From: Parcubacteria group bacterium
GTDB lineage: Bacteria > Patescibacteriota > Minisyncoccia > Phycocordibacterales > UBA2100
DNA: 64,000 nt
Direction: 5' to 3'
Assembly: GCA_943358385.1 (NCBI GenBank)
Contig: CALRGX010000003.1
Span: 2,771-66,770, forward strand
Shown here: positions 47,050 to 58,792 of the stretch, piece after piece
Layout of the letters: each line of letters begins with the position of its first letter
Position numbering within the stretch: the stretch's first letter is position 1
Made by a program: the position numbers and the translations under genes
The notes under the pieces: model-generated
Seen by the model: the letters and a program-made list of their open reading frames with translations, nothing else
Told to the model about the DNA's origin: nothing
Databases searched by the model: none

Positions 47050-47970
47050 ATGGCCGGCCTCAAAAACATAAAAATCAAAATTCAGTCCGTAAAGAAAACG
47101 GGGAAGGTTACGCGCGCCATGGAAGCGGTGTCTGCCGTAAAGATGCGCAAGAGCCAACAGCGGGCACTTTCGGCACGCCCATATGCACTTTCGGCGCTCA
47201 CTGTACTTGCAAAAGTTGCCGGCACCAACGAGCTGCAGCAGTATCCATTGGGCATAGCACGCGAGGGCAAAACTGCCATAGTGATTGTGACCAGCGACAA
47301 AGGACTGGCTGGGGCATTGAACAGTTCGGTCTTGAAAATTGCCGAGCGCACATTAACGGCAAAAAACTTGAACAAAGACAACACCGTGTTGATTTGTATC
47401 GGGCGTCGCGGTGCAGACTACTTCCAGAATCGCGGTTATGACGTACGCGTGCGAGAAGAAAACATGAGCGATGGGGTCACCACGGATGAATTGCAAGCGG
47501 TGACCAATAATCTTTTGGCATGGCACGCCATCGGTGACATCGGTGCAGCGTTTGTGATTTACACCAACTTTCTCTCAACCTTTGAGCAAAAAGCAGTCGC
47601 GCGCCAGATTGTTCCTCTTACCAATGCGCTGATGAAAGAGGTGGTAGAAGGAATTCCTGCCACTAAAGGAAAGTTTGCCGGCTTTTCACGGCCGGAGCTT
47701 TCTATAGAAGGCACTACCTACACGATTGAACCGTCACCTGAATCCGTGCTCGCCGCTATATTGCCCCGCCTCTTGAACGTCGTTACCTACCATGCCTTGA
47801 TGGAGGCGAAGGCATCAGAACACAGTGCGCGCATGGTCGCTATGAAGAACGCGACGGACAAATCGAAGGAGGTGGCGAAGGAATTGACCTTGAAGTACAA
47901 TAAGGCGCGCCAGGCGGCAATCACCCGTGAGGTGTCGGAAATCACGAGCGGTATTGAGGCGATGAGGTAG
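47050..47970 (+). CDS. atpG: F0F1 ATP synthase subunit gamma
   Basis: MAGLKNIKIKIQSVKKTGKVTRAMEAVSAVKMRK N-terminus and conserved C-terminal helix. Confidence 0.9.
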   Translation: MAGLKNIKIKIQSVKKTGKVTRAMEAVSAVKMRKSQQRALSARPYALSALTVLAKVAGTNELQQYPLGIAREGKTAIVIVTSDKGLAGALNSSVLKIAERTLTAKNLNKDNTVLICIGRRGADYFQNRGYDVRVREENMSDGVTTDELQAVTNNLLAWHAIGDIGAAFVIYTNFLSTFEQKAVARQIVPLTNALMKEVVEGIPATKGKFAGFSRPELSIEGTTYTIEPSPESVLAAILPRLLNVVTYHALMEAKASEHSARMVAMKNATDKSKEVAKELTLKYNKARQAAITREVSEITSGIEAMR

Positions 47971-47996
47971 ATTATCTAAATTTAACAAAATTTCGT

Positions 47997-48245
47997 ATGA
48001 ACATGGAAAGACCACAGCAACATAACGCTTCTTCTGAGAGCGCGTCAAAACCAAAGTTAACTGCCGAAGAAAAAGCACTGATTTTGGAACTATACAATGG
48101 TGACCAGATTCTTGCAGAAGTTTTGGAAGAAGAAATTGAAGCATCCATGCATGCTGACCCGTCGACTGGTGACGAAGTTATCTCAGACCCCACTGCACGC
48201 CAAAATTTTATTCGATTGTACGTTGAGAAACGTCAAAAAATGTAA
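47997..48245 (+). CDS. Small acidic hypothetical protein (82 aa) between atpG and atpD
   Basis: Highly acidic ORF, no recognised domain. Confidence 0.35.
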   Translation: MNMERPQQHNASSESASKPKLTAEEKALILELYNGDQILAEVLEEEIEASMHADPSTGDEVISDPTARQNFIRLYVEKRQKM

Positions 48246-48278
48246 CAGCGACGAGTTACGTTGTTGTGCACACAGTAG

Positions 48279-49685
<1,407 letters not shown>

Positions 49686-49691
49686 GCGCCT

Positions 49692-49934
49692 ATGGCTCGC
49701 GCGTTCCACTTAACGATTGCATCACCTTCAGAAGTATTTTTTGATGGGGATGCTTCTGAAGTGTCACTTCCGGGGAGCGATGGACGGTTGCAGATTCTGG
49801 CGGGGCACGAGCCACTAATTACGACACTACGCCAAGGCGCCGTTACCTACACAGCATCAGATACTGAAAAAACCATGCACATTGAGAGTGGTGTTGTGGA
49901 AGTTGCCGAGAATCATTGCACCATACTGCTATAG
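49692..49934 (+). CDS. atpC: F0F1 ATP synthase subunit epsilon (N-terminal beta-sandwich only, 80 aa)
   Basis: Position after atpD and conserved N-terminal motif. The C-terminal helical hairpin is absent. Confidence 0.75.
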   Translation: MARAFHLTIASPSEVFFDGDASEVSLPGSDGRLQILAGHEPLITTLRQGAVTYTASDTEKTMHIESGVVEVAENHCTILL

Positions 49935-49941
49935 TAGGTGC

Positions 49942-51960
49942 ATGAATAAGGGTTTCGCCGTGCTTTTGATGGCGCTCGTTTGTGGAGCGCCATATGTGGT
50001 ACGCGCCGCCACACCACCAGAAACACCGGTCGCGCCGACTGAAGTAAAAAATGGTTGCGCCCCTGCGGCACCCACTGGTGTTGCGCCTCCTGCAGGTACT
50101 GCACCGAAACCACGAGAAATTCAAGGGAAAAATGTCGGCGACATTATCAAGCAGCTTGATCCTTCCACACATGACACAATTACCGTGGGTGGAAATGGAA
50201 AGGTAACCGTTACGTCTCGCTGCGGCATGTTGGGGCAGCAGGGTTCGGTCACGATGTGTCTTATGACCGGCATTTGTGTGAAAGTGGTGAAAGATAAGGC
50301 CATCACTGCGAAAGTAGAAGAGTTACAGAAGGACCTGCGCTTCCAAGATATTTTGAATAGCGACAAGCCTGAACGTGCGGCGCAGGAATTAGTAAAGCAG
50401 CTGTTTGCTGTAAAGCCAGGGTTGCAGCAAGAACTATCACGTTCAGTGAGCGGTATTCTGGGGCGTGCGTTTGGCGATACAGGTATGATCGCCGGCATGG
50501 TAAAAGACGAAGTTCAGAAACCAGCGGATGAAATCATTCGCGCCTTGGCGCAAGGTGATTTCGAAGCGGTCGCAAAGTCATCCCAAGAATTGGCGGCAAA
50601 ACTGAAAAGTTCAGGGATTCTTGAGGAGCTCACCAACCCAAAACAGTGGAGTACGTTACTTGAAAAAATTAGTGGCGGGCAACTTACTCCACAAGCTCGT
50701 GAAGCATTTAAAGCGCTTGCCGGTGTTGCGTGTGATTTAACCGGGCAAGATTGCGCTCAGGTCACGGGCCTGGGAAGGGTGCCGCGACTAGGTAGCGAGC
50801 CCGTACGCGCCGGTATCGATAGAAAAATAGACCCTGTTGAATTTGCGCATCGGGTGGCCTATAAAATTTCACAGTCGCCCTTAAACGGTGTGGCGCCGAC
50901 CGCGCTTCATCGATTTGGTGTTACTACCGGATCCCCGCAAGAATGGGCGCGTTTCTTCACGATGCTCACGAATCAGGAATCGGGCTTGCGGGTGGCGACT
51001 GTTGATACTGACGGATCTCTCATTCGTTTTGCATCAACACTCGCGGGTGAGAATTCGTTTGGGCCAGGCCAGTTTACTATTGGCCAGTATGGCCTTAAAA
51101 CATGGGCTGAGGTGAATGACCCGGATAGGGTCATTGATGCGTATATTAAAGTGGCGGAGCAAGGCAACCTTTTTAGATACTTTGGATCGTTGCAACGACC
51201 CGAAGAGACGCTGAAACATGATCCGTGGTACCAGACGGCCGTTGCGCCGTATGTCGACGGTGGTGTGCCCTATGCTCGTCCAGTGACTACTGCCGCTACA
51301 ACGTTCGAGCAGGTGGTGCGAACGGCTGCCTCAGGGCAAACGCCCACGTCGCTCGGGGGTTTGGGCCAAGCCTTTTCGAGTATTTTTGGAGGTACTGGGC
51401 AAAATGGCATCGGTGGGATGCTCGGCTCGCTCCTCGGCGGCAATTCGCCACTGAGCGGCCTTATGAGCATGTTGCCGAAACTTCTAGGAGGATTGAGTGG
51501 GCTCGGTGGGTCAGGTGGGTCTAGTGGGTCATCAGGAACCTCAGGTGGGGGAACGGGCGGTGACTCATCAGGAGCAACGGGAGGGCAACCTACACCAACG
51601 GTAGGTGGCACACCGCAAACAGGCACACCACCTACACCGGGAGCAGTGGTGCCCGTAGAACAGCCAATTACGCAGGTAGCGATTCGTTTGGTGGCGAGCC
51701 CGCGAACACTACGGAAAGGAGACACCTATTCAATTATTTGGGCGGCAACCGGCGTTGATGAGGCGCGAGCGTGCAGACTTTTTGAAGAAGGGCAGAATCG
51801 TTCGCAGATTGCTATTGGAAATACTGATTCGCTCGTGCGCCAAGTGCCCGCCGTAACTTCTCTGCGCGAGCTCGTTTTCTCTCTCGAGTGCACGCCTAAA
51901 GACACTCGCGCAGATAGTACAAAGGCAAAGGCGACCGTGCGTATTACAATTGGCTCATGA
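49942..51960 (+). CDS. Secreted 672-aa protein with Pro-rich and Gly/Ser-rich linkers and a possible lysozyme/lytic-transglycosylase-like segment
   Basis: Signal peptide MNKGFAVLLMALVCGAPYVVRA. Low-complexity GGSGGSSGSSGTSGGG. The ES..GPGQF segment is only weakly SLT-like. Confidence 0.55.
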   Translation: MNKGFAVLLMALVCGAPYVVRAATPPETPVAPTEVKNGCAPAAPTGVAPPAGTAPKPREIQGKNVGDIIKQLDPSTHDTITVGGNGKVTVTSRCGMLGQQGSVTMCLMTGICVKVVKDKAITAKVEELQKDLRFQDILNSDKPERAAQELVKQLFAVKPGLQQELSRSVSGILGRAFGDTGMIAGMVKDEVQKPADEIIRALAQGDFEAVAKSSQELAAKLKSSGILEELTNPKQWSTLLEKISGGQLTPQAREAFKALAGVACDLTGQDCAQVTGLGRVPRLGSEPVRAGIDRKIDPVEFAHRVAYKISQSPLNGVAPTALHRFGVTTGSPQEWARFFTMLTNQESGLRVATVDTDGSLIRFASTLAGENSFGPGQFTIGQYGLKTWAEVNDPDRVIDAYIKVAEQGNLFRYFGSLQRPEETLKHDPWYQTAVAPYVDGGVPYARPVTTAATTFEQVVRTAASGQTPTSLGGLGQAFSSIFGGTGQNGIGGMLGSLLGGNSPLSGLMSMLPKLLGGLSGLGGSGGSSGSSGTSGGGTGGDSSGATGGQPTPTVGGTPQTGTPPTPGAVVPVEQPITQVAIRLVASPRTLRKGDTYSIIWAATGVDEARACRLFEEGQNRSQIAIGNTDSLVRQVPAVTSLRELVFSLECTPKDTRADSTKAKATVRITIGS

Positions 51961-52256
51961 TATTCATCCGCGTGGTAGAACAGTTTTCGTGCGAGCGCTG
52001 TGCCACGTTGGTGCAAGGTAATGGGTACACCAATCACTGTCCGAAATGTTTGTGGAGCAAGCATGTAGATACGAACCCAGGCGACCGCGCGGCACTCTGT
52101 GGTGGCATGATGCAGCCCGAGCTTTTAGAAAGAGGTGGTGACGTATGGATTCTGACGCACAAATGTGTGGCATGCGGCCATCGCAAACGTAACCGACTCT
52201 CACCACATGATGATTTTGATGCAGCGCTCGAGGCTGTCGCTCCCAAAAAAGAATAG
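51957..52256 (+). CDS. RNHCP domain zinc-ribbon protein
   Basis: YTNHCPKCLWSKH and CVACGH motifs. ATGA overlap with the upstream gene. Confidence 0.55.
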   Translation: MIFIRVVEQFSCERCATLVQGNGYTNHCPKCLWSKHVDTNPGDRAALCGGMMQPELLERGGDVWILTHKCVACGHRKRNRLSPHDDFDAALEAVAPKKE

Positions 52257-52514
52257 ACGGGACGGGTACACGAAAAGTAGTGGCCGCAGCACGGAGTGCT
52301 GCGGCCAAGGATCAGTGGAGAAGCGGAGCGCGACGCCATGGAACAGGTCACCGTCCTCCTTGATGCGCATTTCGGTTCATGCTGGTAGCTCACTATTCCA
52401 CGTAGTGAGCAGGCAGAACGTTATAGCGCATCGTCGCGGATATCCAACGCGGCATATTGCCCACCTGTCACAAACTGCTGGCGTGATTTAATCACGCACC
52501 ATGTAATGGCGCAA

Positions 52515-55500
52515 CTAGTTGCGGATGACCCCTTTCGGGAGCTTTTTTCCAGGCCAGCGGTACACCAGAAGAGGGATGAATACCAAGGTGAGAATCATCG
52601 CAAAGGTAAGGCCGAAGAGAATCGCGTACGCGAGCGGACTCCAGAGGCCTGATGCGTGCGTGAGTGGAATCATACCCAAAACGGTGGTGATGGTCGTGAG
52701 GAAGATAGGGCGCAGGCGCGTGGTCGCTGCCTCGATGACGATGTCGAGAAAGAGTCGGCCTTCACCTGCATGCAGGCGCGTGATGATGCTATCCATCAGA
52801 ATGATTGCATGGTTGATGATCACGCCCGCTAGCGCAATAACACCCAAGAGTGATGGGAAGGAGAGTGCCTGGCCCATGAGTGCGAGCCCGGCAAACACGC
52901 CGATAAGAGAAAGTGGTACGGTGAGTAAGAGGTACGTCGTGAAGCGATATGAATCAAATGCCAAGACCAGAATAACGAACATCAGTGCGAGCCCGGCGAG
53001 AAGGGCATACCCCATTTCAGCGAAGGATTGATTTGTCTCTTCGTTTTCGCCACCTATTTGCATAGTGACGCCTTTCGGAAGCTCTACCTCCTTCATGCGT
53101 TCGTTAAAGCTTGCCAAAACCTGAGCTGAGGTGAAATTGGGTGCGAGTGAACTGGTGAGGGTGAGGAGACGCTCGCGGTCTTCATGCACAATGGTTGCGT
53201 TACTCTTGCGCAAACCTTCGCGCATGAGAGAGCCCAGCAAGACCGTGTTTCCGGTGGGTGAGGTGATGGTGATCTGGCGCAGCGCATCAATCGAGACGGC
53301 ATTTGCGTCGTGAGGGTCCACAAAAGAAGGGTTAAGGTTCATAGAGACGATCACATCGACGTCTTTGTCTCCGCCGGTGAGTTTTGTAGCGGTAGTGCCG
53401 GATACTGCCGTGCGCAAGGTGGAAGCCACTGCGGCAGGAGTCAGACCGGCTGCAGCCAATTTTGCACGATCGATGTCGAGTACGTACTCAATGCCGTTAT
53501 TTTTGCTTGAAGTATCTACCGACGTGGCGCCTTCTGTTTGCGCCAATACATCGCGGCCAATTGAAACAGCGCTATCAAGTGCGTCGCGGTCTTTGCCGGT
53601 GAATTTTATGAGAATTTCTGCGCCAACGGGCGGCCCACCTGTTGGTTGGCCGGCACGGATTTCTGCGCGCGCCGTGAGTGGTGTGGTGGCACTGCGGATC
53701 TCTTGAAGGACTTCGCTGGAGGTGAAATCACGCTCGCTAGGAAGATTTATCGTGACGTTAGCATAGCGTGAATCACGCTGGGGGTTGTTGCTGAATTGGC
53801 TTGTGGCACCCACGGTCGTGACAAATGACTCGATGCGACTGATTGGGTAGAGCGATTCTTCGACGGCGCGTGCCATGAGGTCGGTCTGAGCAAGAGGTGT
53901 CCCTTGCGGCATTTCAATATCGATGTACACAAAATCAATGTCTTCCTGTGGGAAAAAATCTACAGGAATGGCACCAATGATAGGGAGCGAAAGTGCCACA
54001 AAGAAGCCCACAATAATGGTCACCAAGAAACGGTTCTGATCACCCCGCGAGGTAAGGAAGCGGCGCAGCATAGTTGCGTATGCCTCTTTCGCACGCTCGG
54101 CCCATTCGTCCTGCAATTTAGCAAAGCGTGACGGCTCTGCGGCGCTGGTGAGCATCAAGGTAAGGGTCGGGACCATGCCGAGTGCTACCACAATGGATGC
54201 CAAAAGGACGAAGATGATGGTGAAAGGAATGGTTGCAATAAATTTGCCCACGATTCCCGATATGAAGAAAAGAGGCACGAACACGGCGACGGTGGTCATG
54301 GTTCCGCCAATCAAAGGCCACGCATACTCACGGATGGCTTCTACTGCCGCCGCGTCTTTGCCGTGTGTTTTGATACGCGTATGAATTGCTTCCACTACCA
54401 CAATGCCCGAGTCCACCAAAATACCAATGGCGAGAATGAGTGAGAAAAGGGAGACGAAGTTGATGGTGTTCCCTGAGTACAGAAGGCCAATGAAGGCAAT
54501 GAGGAAAGAGAGCGGAATGGAAAGTCCAGCAACAATTGATTCACGCCAGCCAATCGTGAGAAAGAGTGAAATCATCACCAGAGCGACGGTTTCAAGGCCG
54601 GTGCGTATCAATTGGGTCAAATCTCGCTGTACTTCCTTTCCTGCGTCTTGGACAATCACCACCTCACTCCCCGCAAGCAGTGTCGTTTCCATGACGGTGA
54701 GTTTTTCTCGCACCTGTGCGGTTGTGAGGGTCACGTCTTGGCCGCGCACTTTATATACAGAAAGAGTGAATGCCTGGCGTGAAGGTTCACCCGAGAGAGA
54801 CACGCGAGTGAACGAATTGGCATCCACCACTCCATCAGAGACGGTTGCGATGTCTCGCAAATAAATAGGCTGGCCACCAACGGAGAGGATGGGAAGGGTC
54901 TCGAAGTTTTCCACGCGATCGAGCCCACCATCAAATGCCACATTGTAGGACACATCATTAGTGATGATAGAACCAACGGGAAGCGTGGCATTTGAGGCTG
55001 CCAGAGCACCCACTACCTGCTGCAAAGTAAGACCGTAGCGTTCGAGTTCTTCTTTCTTTACCACTACCTGCACTTCGCGGTCACGCACGCCGGAAACTTC
55101 TACACGCGATACACCACGCACACTCTGGAGCTCGCTTTTAACCTGCTCGCTTAAATCAGCGAGTGATGCAAAAGGCGCATCAGCAGAGACAGTGATGATT
55201 TGTACAGGCTGATCGACAAAGTTCACGTCGGTGACGCTCGGGTCCGTGGCGTCTTCTGGAAGGTCGCCTTTTGCTTTGTCGACCTCGTCTTTTAGCTTCT
55301 GGATTGATTTGTCTAGGTCAGCGGATGCGTTGAACTCTGCGGTGATGACGGAAACACTCTCGCGAGAGGTTGAGGTGAGCTTATTCAAATCAGCGAGATT
55401 CGCCAATTTTTCTTCCAGTTTGTTGGTGACCAATCGTTCCACTTCTTCAGGTGAAGCACCCGGAAGCACCGTACTTACGATACCTACTGGAATCTGCACT

Positions 55501-55619
55501 TCAGGCGCCGACTCTTTGGTAATGGAGACCACCGCAATGGTGCCCCACAAAACCAGCCCTGCCATGAGGAGCAAGGTAAATTGGCGCTTATGGAGAAAGA
55601 AGGTCCAAAGTGAATGCAT
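52515..55619 (-). CDS. RND superfamily efflux transporter (AcrB/HAE-type)
   Basis: 1034 aa. Twelve TM helices with two large periplasmic loops. Confidence 0.9.
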   Translation of the reverse strand: MHSLWTFFLHKRQFTLLLMAGLVLWGTIAVVSITKESAPEVQIPVGIVSTVLPGASPEEVERLVTNKLEEKLANLADLNKLTSTSRESVSVITAEFNASADLDKSIQKLKDEVDKAKGDLPEDATDPSVTDVNFVDQPVQIITVSADAPFASLADLSEQVKSELQSVRGVSRVEVSGVRDREVQVVVKKEELERYGLTLQQVVGALAASNATLPVGSIITNDVSYNVAFDGGLDRVENFETLPILSVGGQPIYLRDIATVSDGVVDANSFTRVSLSGEPSRQAFTLSVYKVRGQDVTLTTAQVREKLTVMETTLLAGSEVVIVQDAGKEVQRDLTQLIRTGLETVALVMISLFLTIGWRESIVAGLSIPLSFLIAFIGLLYSGNTINFVSLFSLILAIGILVDSGIVVVEAIHTRIKTHGKDAAAVEAIREYAWPLIGGTMTTVAVFVPLFFISGIVGKFIATIPFTIIFVLLASIVVALGMVPTLTLMLTSAAEPSRFAKLQDEWAERAKEAYATMLRRFLTSRGDQNRFLVTIIVGFFVALSLPIIGAIPVDFFPQEDIDFVYIDIEMPQGTPLAQTDLMARAVEESLYPISRIESFVTTVGATSQFSNNPQRDSRYANVTINLPSERDFTSSEVLQEIRSATTPLTARAEIRAGQPTGGPPVGAEILIKFTGKDRDALDSAVSIGRDVLAQTEGATSVDTSSKNNGIEYVLDIDRAKLAAAGLTPAAVASTLRTAVSGTTATKLTGGDKDVDVIVSMNLNPSFVDPHDANAVSIDALRQITITSPTGNTVLLGSLMREGLRKSNATIVHEDRERLLTLTSSLAPNFTSAQVLASFNERMKEVELPKGVTMQIGGENEETNQSFAEMGYALLAGLALMFVILVLAFDSYRFTTYLLLTVPLSLIGVFAGLALMGQALSFPSLLGVIALAGVIINHAIILMDSIITRLHAGEGRLFLDIVIEAATTRLRPIFLTTITTVLGMIPLTHASGLWSPLAYAILFGLTFAMILTLVFIPLLVYRWPGKKLPKGVIRN

Positions 55620-55642
55620 ACGGGTCGATGTATTGGTAACAG

Positions 55643-57298
55643 CTATTCAACCGTGACGATTTGATTGGGGCGCAAGCCGCGCACGTCGGTAACGATGTAG
55701 GTATCCAGAGTGAGCCCGTCGCGGATTTCAACACGATCACCCAAAAGCGTACCAATGGTTACTTTTTGCTCGATCAGTTTGTTATCCTCCACGGTGAAAA
55801 TTGATTCTCCGTCCGCGGTGATGCGCAAGGCGGTAATCGGGATGGTGATGCGTTGGGCAATCTTCGTCGCAGCAGGCTTTTCCGTGAAGGTGAGAATCGC
55901 CGCAGAACCATTCACGAGTGCTGCTGCGCCTTTGGTGACGGCAACACGCACTTCAACTTTTTTGGTGAGCGGATCAACACCGGCACCCATGCGAGTGATG
56001 ACGCCTTCCGCACCGCCTTCGATAGACACTTTGCCGCCCACGCGCAAAAGTCGTGCGTCAGAGTCAGTTACAAAGGTGCTGATTTCAAGTGTGCCGTTAT
56101 TTGCAATAGTTGCAGCGGGGGAGAATGCCTGCACAAAATCGCCCTTGGTGAGTGAGAACGCGTTAATGGTACCGGAAATGGGTGCACGAATGATTGATTT
56201 TTCGTATGCAGCGCTTGCTTGTGCGAGTGCACCTTGAGCCTGCTTTACTGCAGCTTGTGCAGAGGCAATGTCATTCTTGTCTCCACCCGTAACACCTTGG
56301 CTCAGCGTTTGTTCGGCAATGGTGAGTGCATTTTGGCGCGTAGCGATGGCTTCGCGGGCAGCGTTCAATCCAGAAAGTGAAGACACGATACCGGCACGAG
56401 CTCCGGATGCACTTGCTTGATATGCAGCTATTGCTGCGGAAGATACATTAGTGGTTGGCAATGCTGAGTTTAGCGCAGTGATGATTTTATCGAAGAACGT
56501 GAGGAGCGTGCGCAGCTCGGCCTCGGTCGTGGTGAGCTCTGTTGCCAAATCTGATCGGCTGGTGAGTGTTTTTCCTGCGGTAGTCTGGCGGGTGAGGGTG
56601 GCGTTCAGGCCAATGCGTGCATTTTCAATGTCGAGCTCGATTTGTGATTGCGACGTGGGTACAGAAAATTGCGGGACGGCACTCGAAGGATTTGAAATCA
56701 TGCTGTCAGCGGTGACGCGGATAGCATTTTCCACTGAAGCATATGTAGCCAGAAGAGTGTTCACTGTACTTTCGCGGGTGCTTTCAAGAGCTGCGGTGGC
56801 AGAATCTTTGCTCGCGCCAAGGATGGTCTTTTGTTCATCGCGAGAACCGCCCGTGACACGGCGCAGATTCGCCTGGGCTGCATCAAGAGCGCCTTGCGCA
56901 GAGAGAAGAGAGGCACGCTCCGAAGCACTGTCTATTTCGGCGATGATGCTCCCGGCGCTGATTCGGTCACCAAGCTTACGCATTACGCGGGTCACTTTGC
57001 CACCTTTTTCTGCGAGGACGGTAGCCTGTGCTTCCGAAGTGATGGTGCCCACGGTAGTGAGCGACGTACCGGAAGAGGAAAGAATACCGACGTTTTCAAG
57101 TGTCACTTTTCGGTCCAATGCCTCGGTTACTACTTGCTCTGTGCCAGAAAAAAGGAGACGACCAGCGATGGATCCCCCAATAATGACGAGAGTGAGAATG
57201 GTTGCTGCCCACACTTTATGAGCAAGGGCGAACGTTTTAACGGAAGTATAAACTCGCTGTGCGAGGTTGAAAACAAAGGCTTTTATAGATGACAACAT
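55643..57298 (-). CDS. Efflux periplasmic adaptor / membrane-fusion protein (HlyD family)
   Basis: N-terminal TM, long Ala-rich coiled-coil, and C-terminal beta-barrel and lipoyl-like segments. Upstream of the RND gene. Confidence 0.75.
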   Translation of the reverse strand: MLSSIKAFVFNLAQRVYTSVKTFALAHKVWAATILTLVIIGGSIAGRLLFSGTEQVVTEALDRKVTLENVGILSSSGTSLTTVGTITSEAQATVLAEKGGKVTRVMRKLGDRISAGSIIAEIDSASERASLLSAQGALDAAQANLRRVTGGSRDEQKTILGASKDSATAALESTRESTVNTLLATYASVENAIRVTADSMISNPSSAVPQFSVPTSQSQIELDIENARIGLNATLTRQTTAGKTLTSRSDLATELTTTEAELRTLLTFFDKIITALNSALPTTNVSSAAIAAYQASASGARAGIVSSLSGLNAAREAIATRQNALTIAEQTLSQGVTGGDKNDIASAQAAVKQAQGALAQASAAYEKSIIRAPISGTINAFSLTKGDFVQAFSPAATIANNGTLEISTFVTDSDARLLRVGGKVSIEGGAEGVITRMGAGVDPLTKKVEVRVAVTKGAAALVNGSAAILTFTEKPAATKIAQRITIPITALRITADGESIFTVEDNKLIEQKVTIGTLLGDRVEIRDGLTLDTYIVTDVRGLRPNQIVTVE

Positions 57299-57332
57299 AG
57301 GTGAATAGTAACACAGATTTGTCAAATTAGCA

Positions 57333-57385
57333 AGGAACAGGTGATAGGTGGAAGGAGTTAGGTGTTAGAAGGTGCACGCGCAGGA
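57333..57385 (+). repeat. Purine-rich intergenic repeat, partial (family member G)
   Basis: caaggaacaggtgataggtggaaggagttaggtgttagaaggtgcacgcgcagg. Confidence 0.45.
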
Positions 57386-57399
57386 AATGCAACAAAATG
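57383..57399 (+). promoter_or_regulatory. Shared 17-mer ggaaatgcaacaaaatg (copy 1)
   Basis: 16 of 17 nt identical to 62129-62145. Both lie upstream of plus-strand genes of unknown function. Confidence 0.4.
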
Positions 57400-57517
57400 T
57401 GTCTCACCGCAGGTGATTTCCGCTAGCTTCCTTTACAGAATTAGCGGGTAGCCTAGGTATATGTGGCGCTCGCTGTAAAACCGTTTTTTATGAGATGCTG
57501 ATTGCACGCTAGGCCCC

Positions 57518-58696
57518 GTGACCTTGTGGTACACTGCGACAACTACTCCTCTTGGTACGCTCGCCACAGCAGCAGTTACACCGTGTATGCATCCGCTTTA
57601 TGTCTGGACCCTGTCTTTAACTGCCATATTGATTATGGCCATTGTTGGTATATGTACCTGGCCAAGTACTGTTCTGTATACCAGTGACTATGCGGGGAAG
57701 AGCGCGGTGACCATACTCAAGGCACCAGAACTGGACAAACGTGTGTACGACCAAAAAATGTTGGCGCTTGCACAGGTGTCTACAACAACGATTGCTGCAC
57801 TCACGTATGCAACAACATCAGGCAACACCACTCTTTCTAGTTATACTCCTGAGTCTCTTGCTTCAAGCACGATTGGCCGGTGGCCAACTCGTGTAGCCTA
57901 CCCAAAACACGGAGCGATCTTGCCTGATAGGCGCATCATCGCCTACTACGGCAACTTCTACTCGAAAGGCATGGGTGTACTAGGGCAGTACGACGAGGCT
58001 GAAGTGCTGCGCAAGTTGCGCGAAGAAGTGGCTGCATGGAATAACGCTGATCCATCTACACCTGTGCTTCCCGCGATTGATTACATAGCCACAACTGCCC
58101 AAGAAAGTCCTGGCAAAGAAGGGCTCTATACACTCCGCATGCCCGACTCACAGATTGACCACGCACTTGAGTTGGCCGCAAAAGTTGACGGCATTGTGAT
58201 CTTGGAGTTACAGATAGGGCTCAGTGACCTGAAGAGAGAGCTACTCCTTTTAGAAAAATATTTAAAAATGCCTCAGGTGCACTTGGCACTCGATCCTGAA
58301 TTTGCAATGCATGGGAATAGTGCGCCAGGCACGGTGGTAGGTTCTTTTGATGCGGCAGAAATTAACTATGCTTCAAAATACTTGGCAGGACTCGTCGATA
58401 CCTATCGACTGCCACCAAAAGTGCTCATTGTGCATCGCTTTACGGAAGACATGGTGACCAACTATAAAAAAATCACTCCATTACCGCAAGTGCAGATTGT
58501 CATGGACATGGATGGCTGGGGTGAGCCAGCAAAAAAGAAGAATACGTATAACAGAGTTATTGCGCCGCAACCAGTACAATTCACCGGGTTTAAGCTGTTC
58601 TATAAAAATGATTTGAAACCTCCGTCAACACGACTTCTTACGCCTGCAGAGGTTTTAGAGTTAACGCCGGCACCCTCGTTTATTCAGTATCAGTAG
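57518..58696 (+). CDS. Hypothetical membrane-anchored protein (possible TIM-barrel glycoside-hydrolase-like fold)
   Basis: N-terminal TM. No confident motif. 392 aa. Confidence 0.45.
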   Translation: MTLWYTATTTPLGTLATAAVTPCMHPLYVWTLSLTAILIMAIVGICTWPSTVLYTSDYAGKSAVTILKAPELDKRVYDQKMLALAQVSTTTIAALTYATTSGNTTLSSYTPESLASSTIGRWPTRVAYPKHGAILPDRRIIAYYGNFYSKGMGVLGQYDEAEVLRKLREEVAAWNNADPSTPVLPAIDYIATTAQESPGKEGLYTLRMPDSQIDHALELAAKVDGIVILELQIGLSDLKRELLLLEKYLKMPQVHLALDPEFAMHGNSAPGTVVGSFDAAEINYASKYLAGLVDTYRLPPKVLIVHRFTEDMVTNYKKITPLPQVQIVMDMDGWGEPAKKKNTYNRVIAPQPVQFTGFKLFYKNDLKPPSTRLLTPAEVLELTPAPSFIQYQ

Positions 58697-58792
58697 ACTG
58701 TTTTCCTCCGGCATGTAGCTCCTCAGGTTTCAAGCCGATTGATGTCGGGAGGGGGTAGATGCAGGCAGCACGCGGTTTGTTATACTCTCGCG

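Noticed and set aside
55710-57221. Plus-strand ORFs of 175 and 256 aa
   Set aside because: Antisense to the membrane-fusion-protein gene. Ser/Ala-rich shadow frames.
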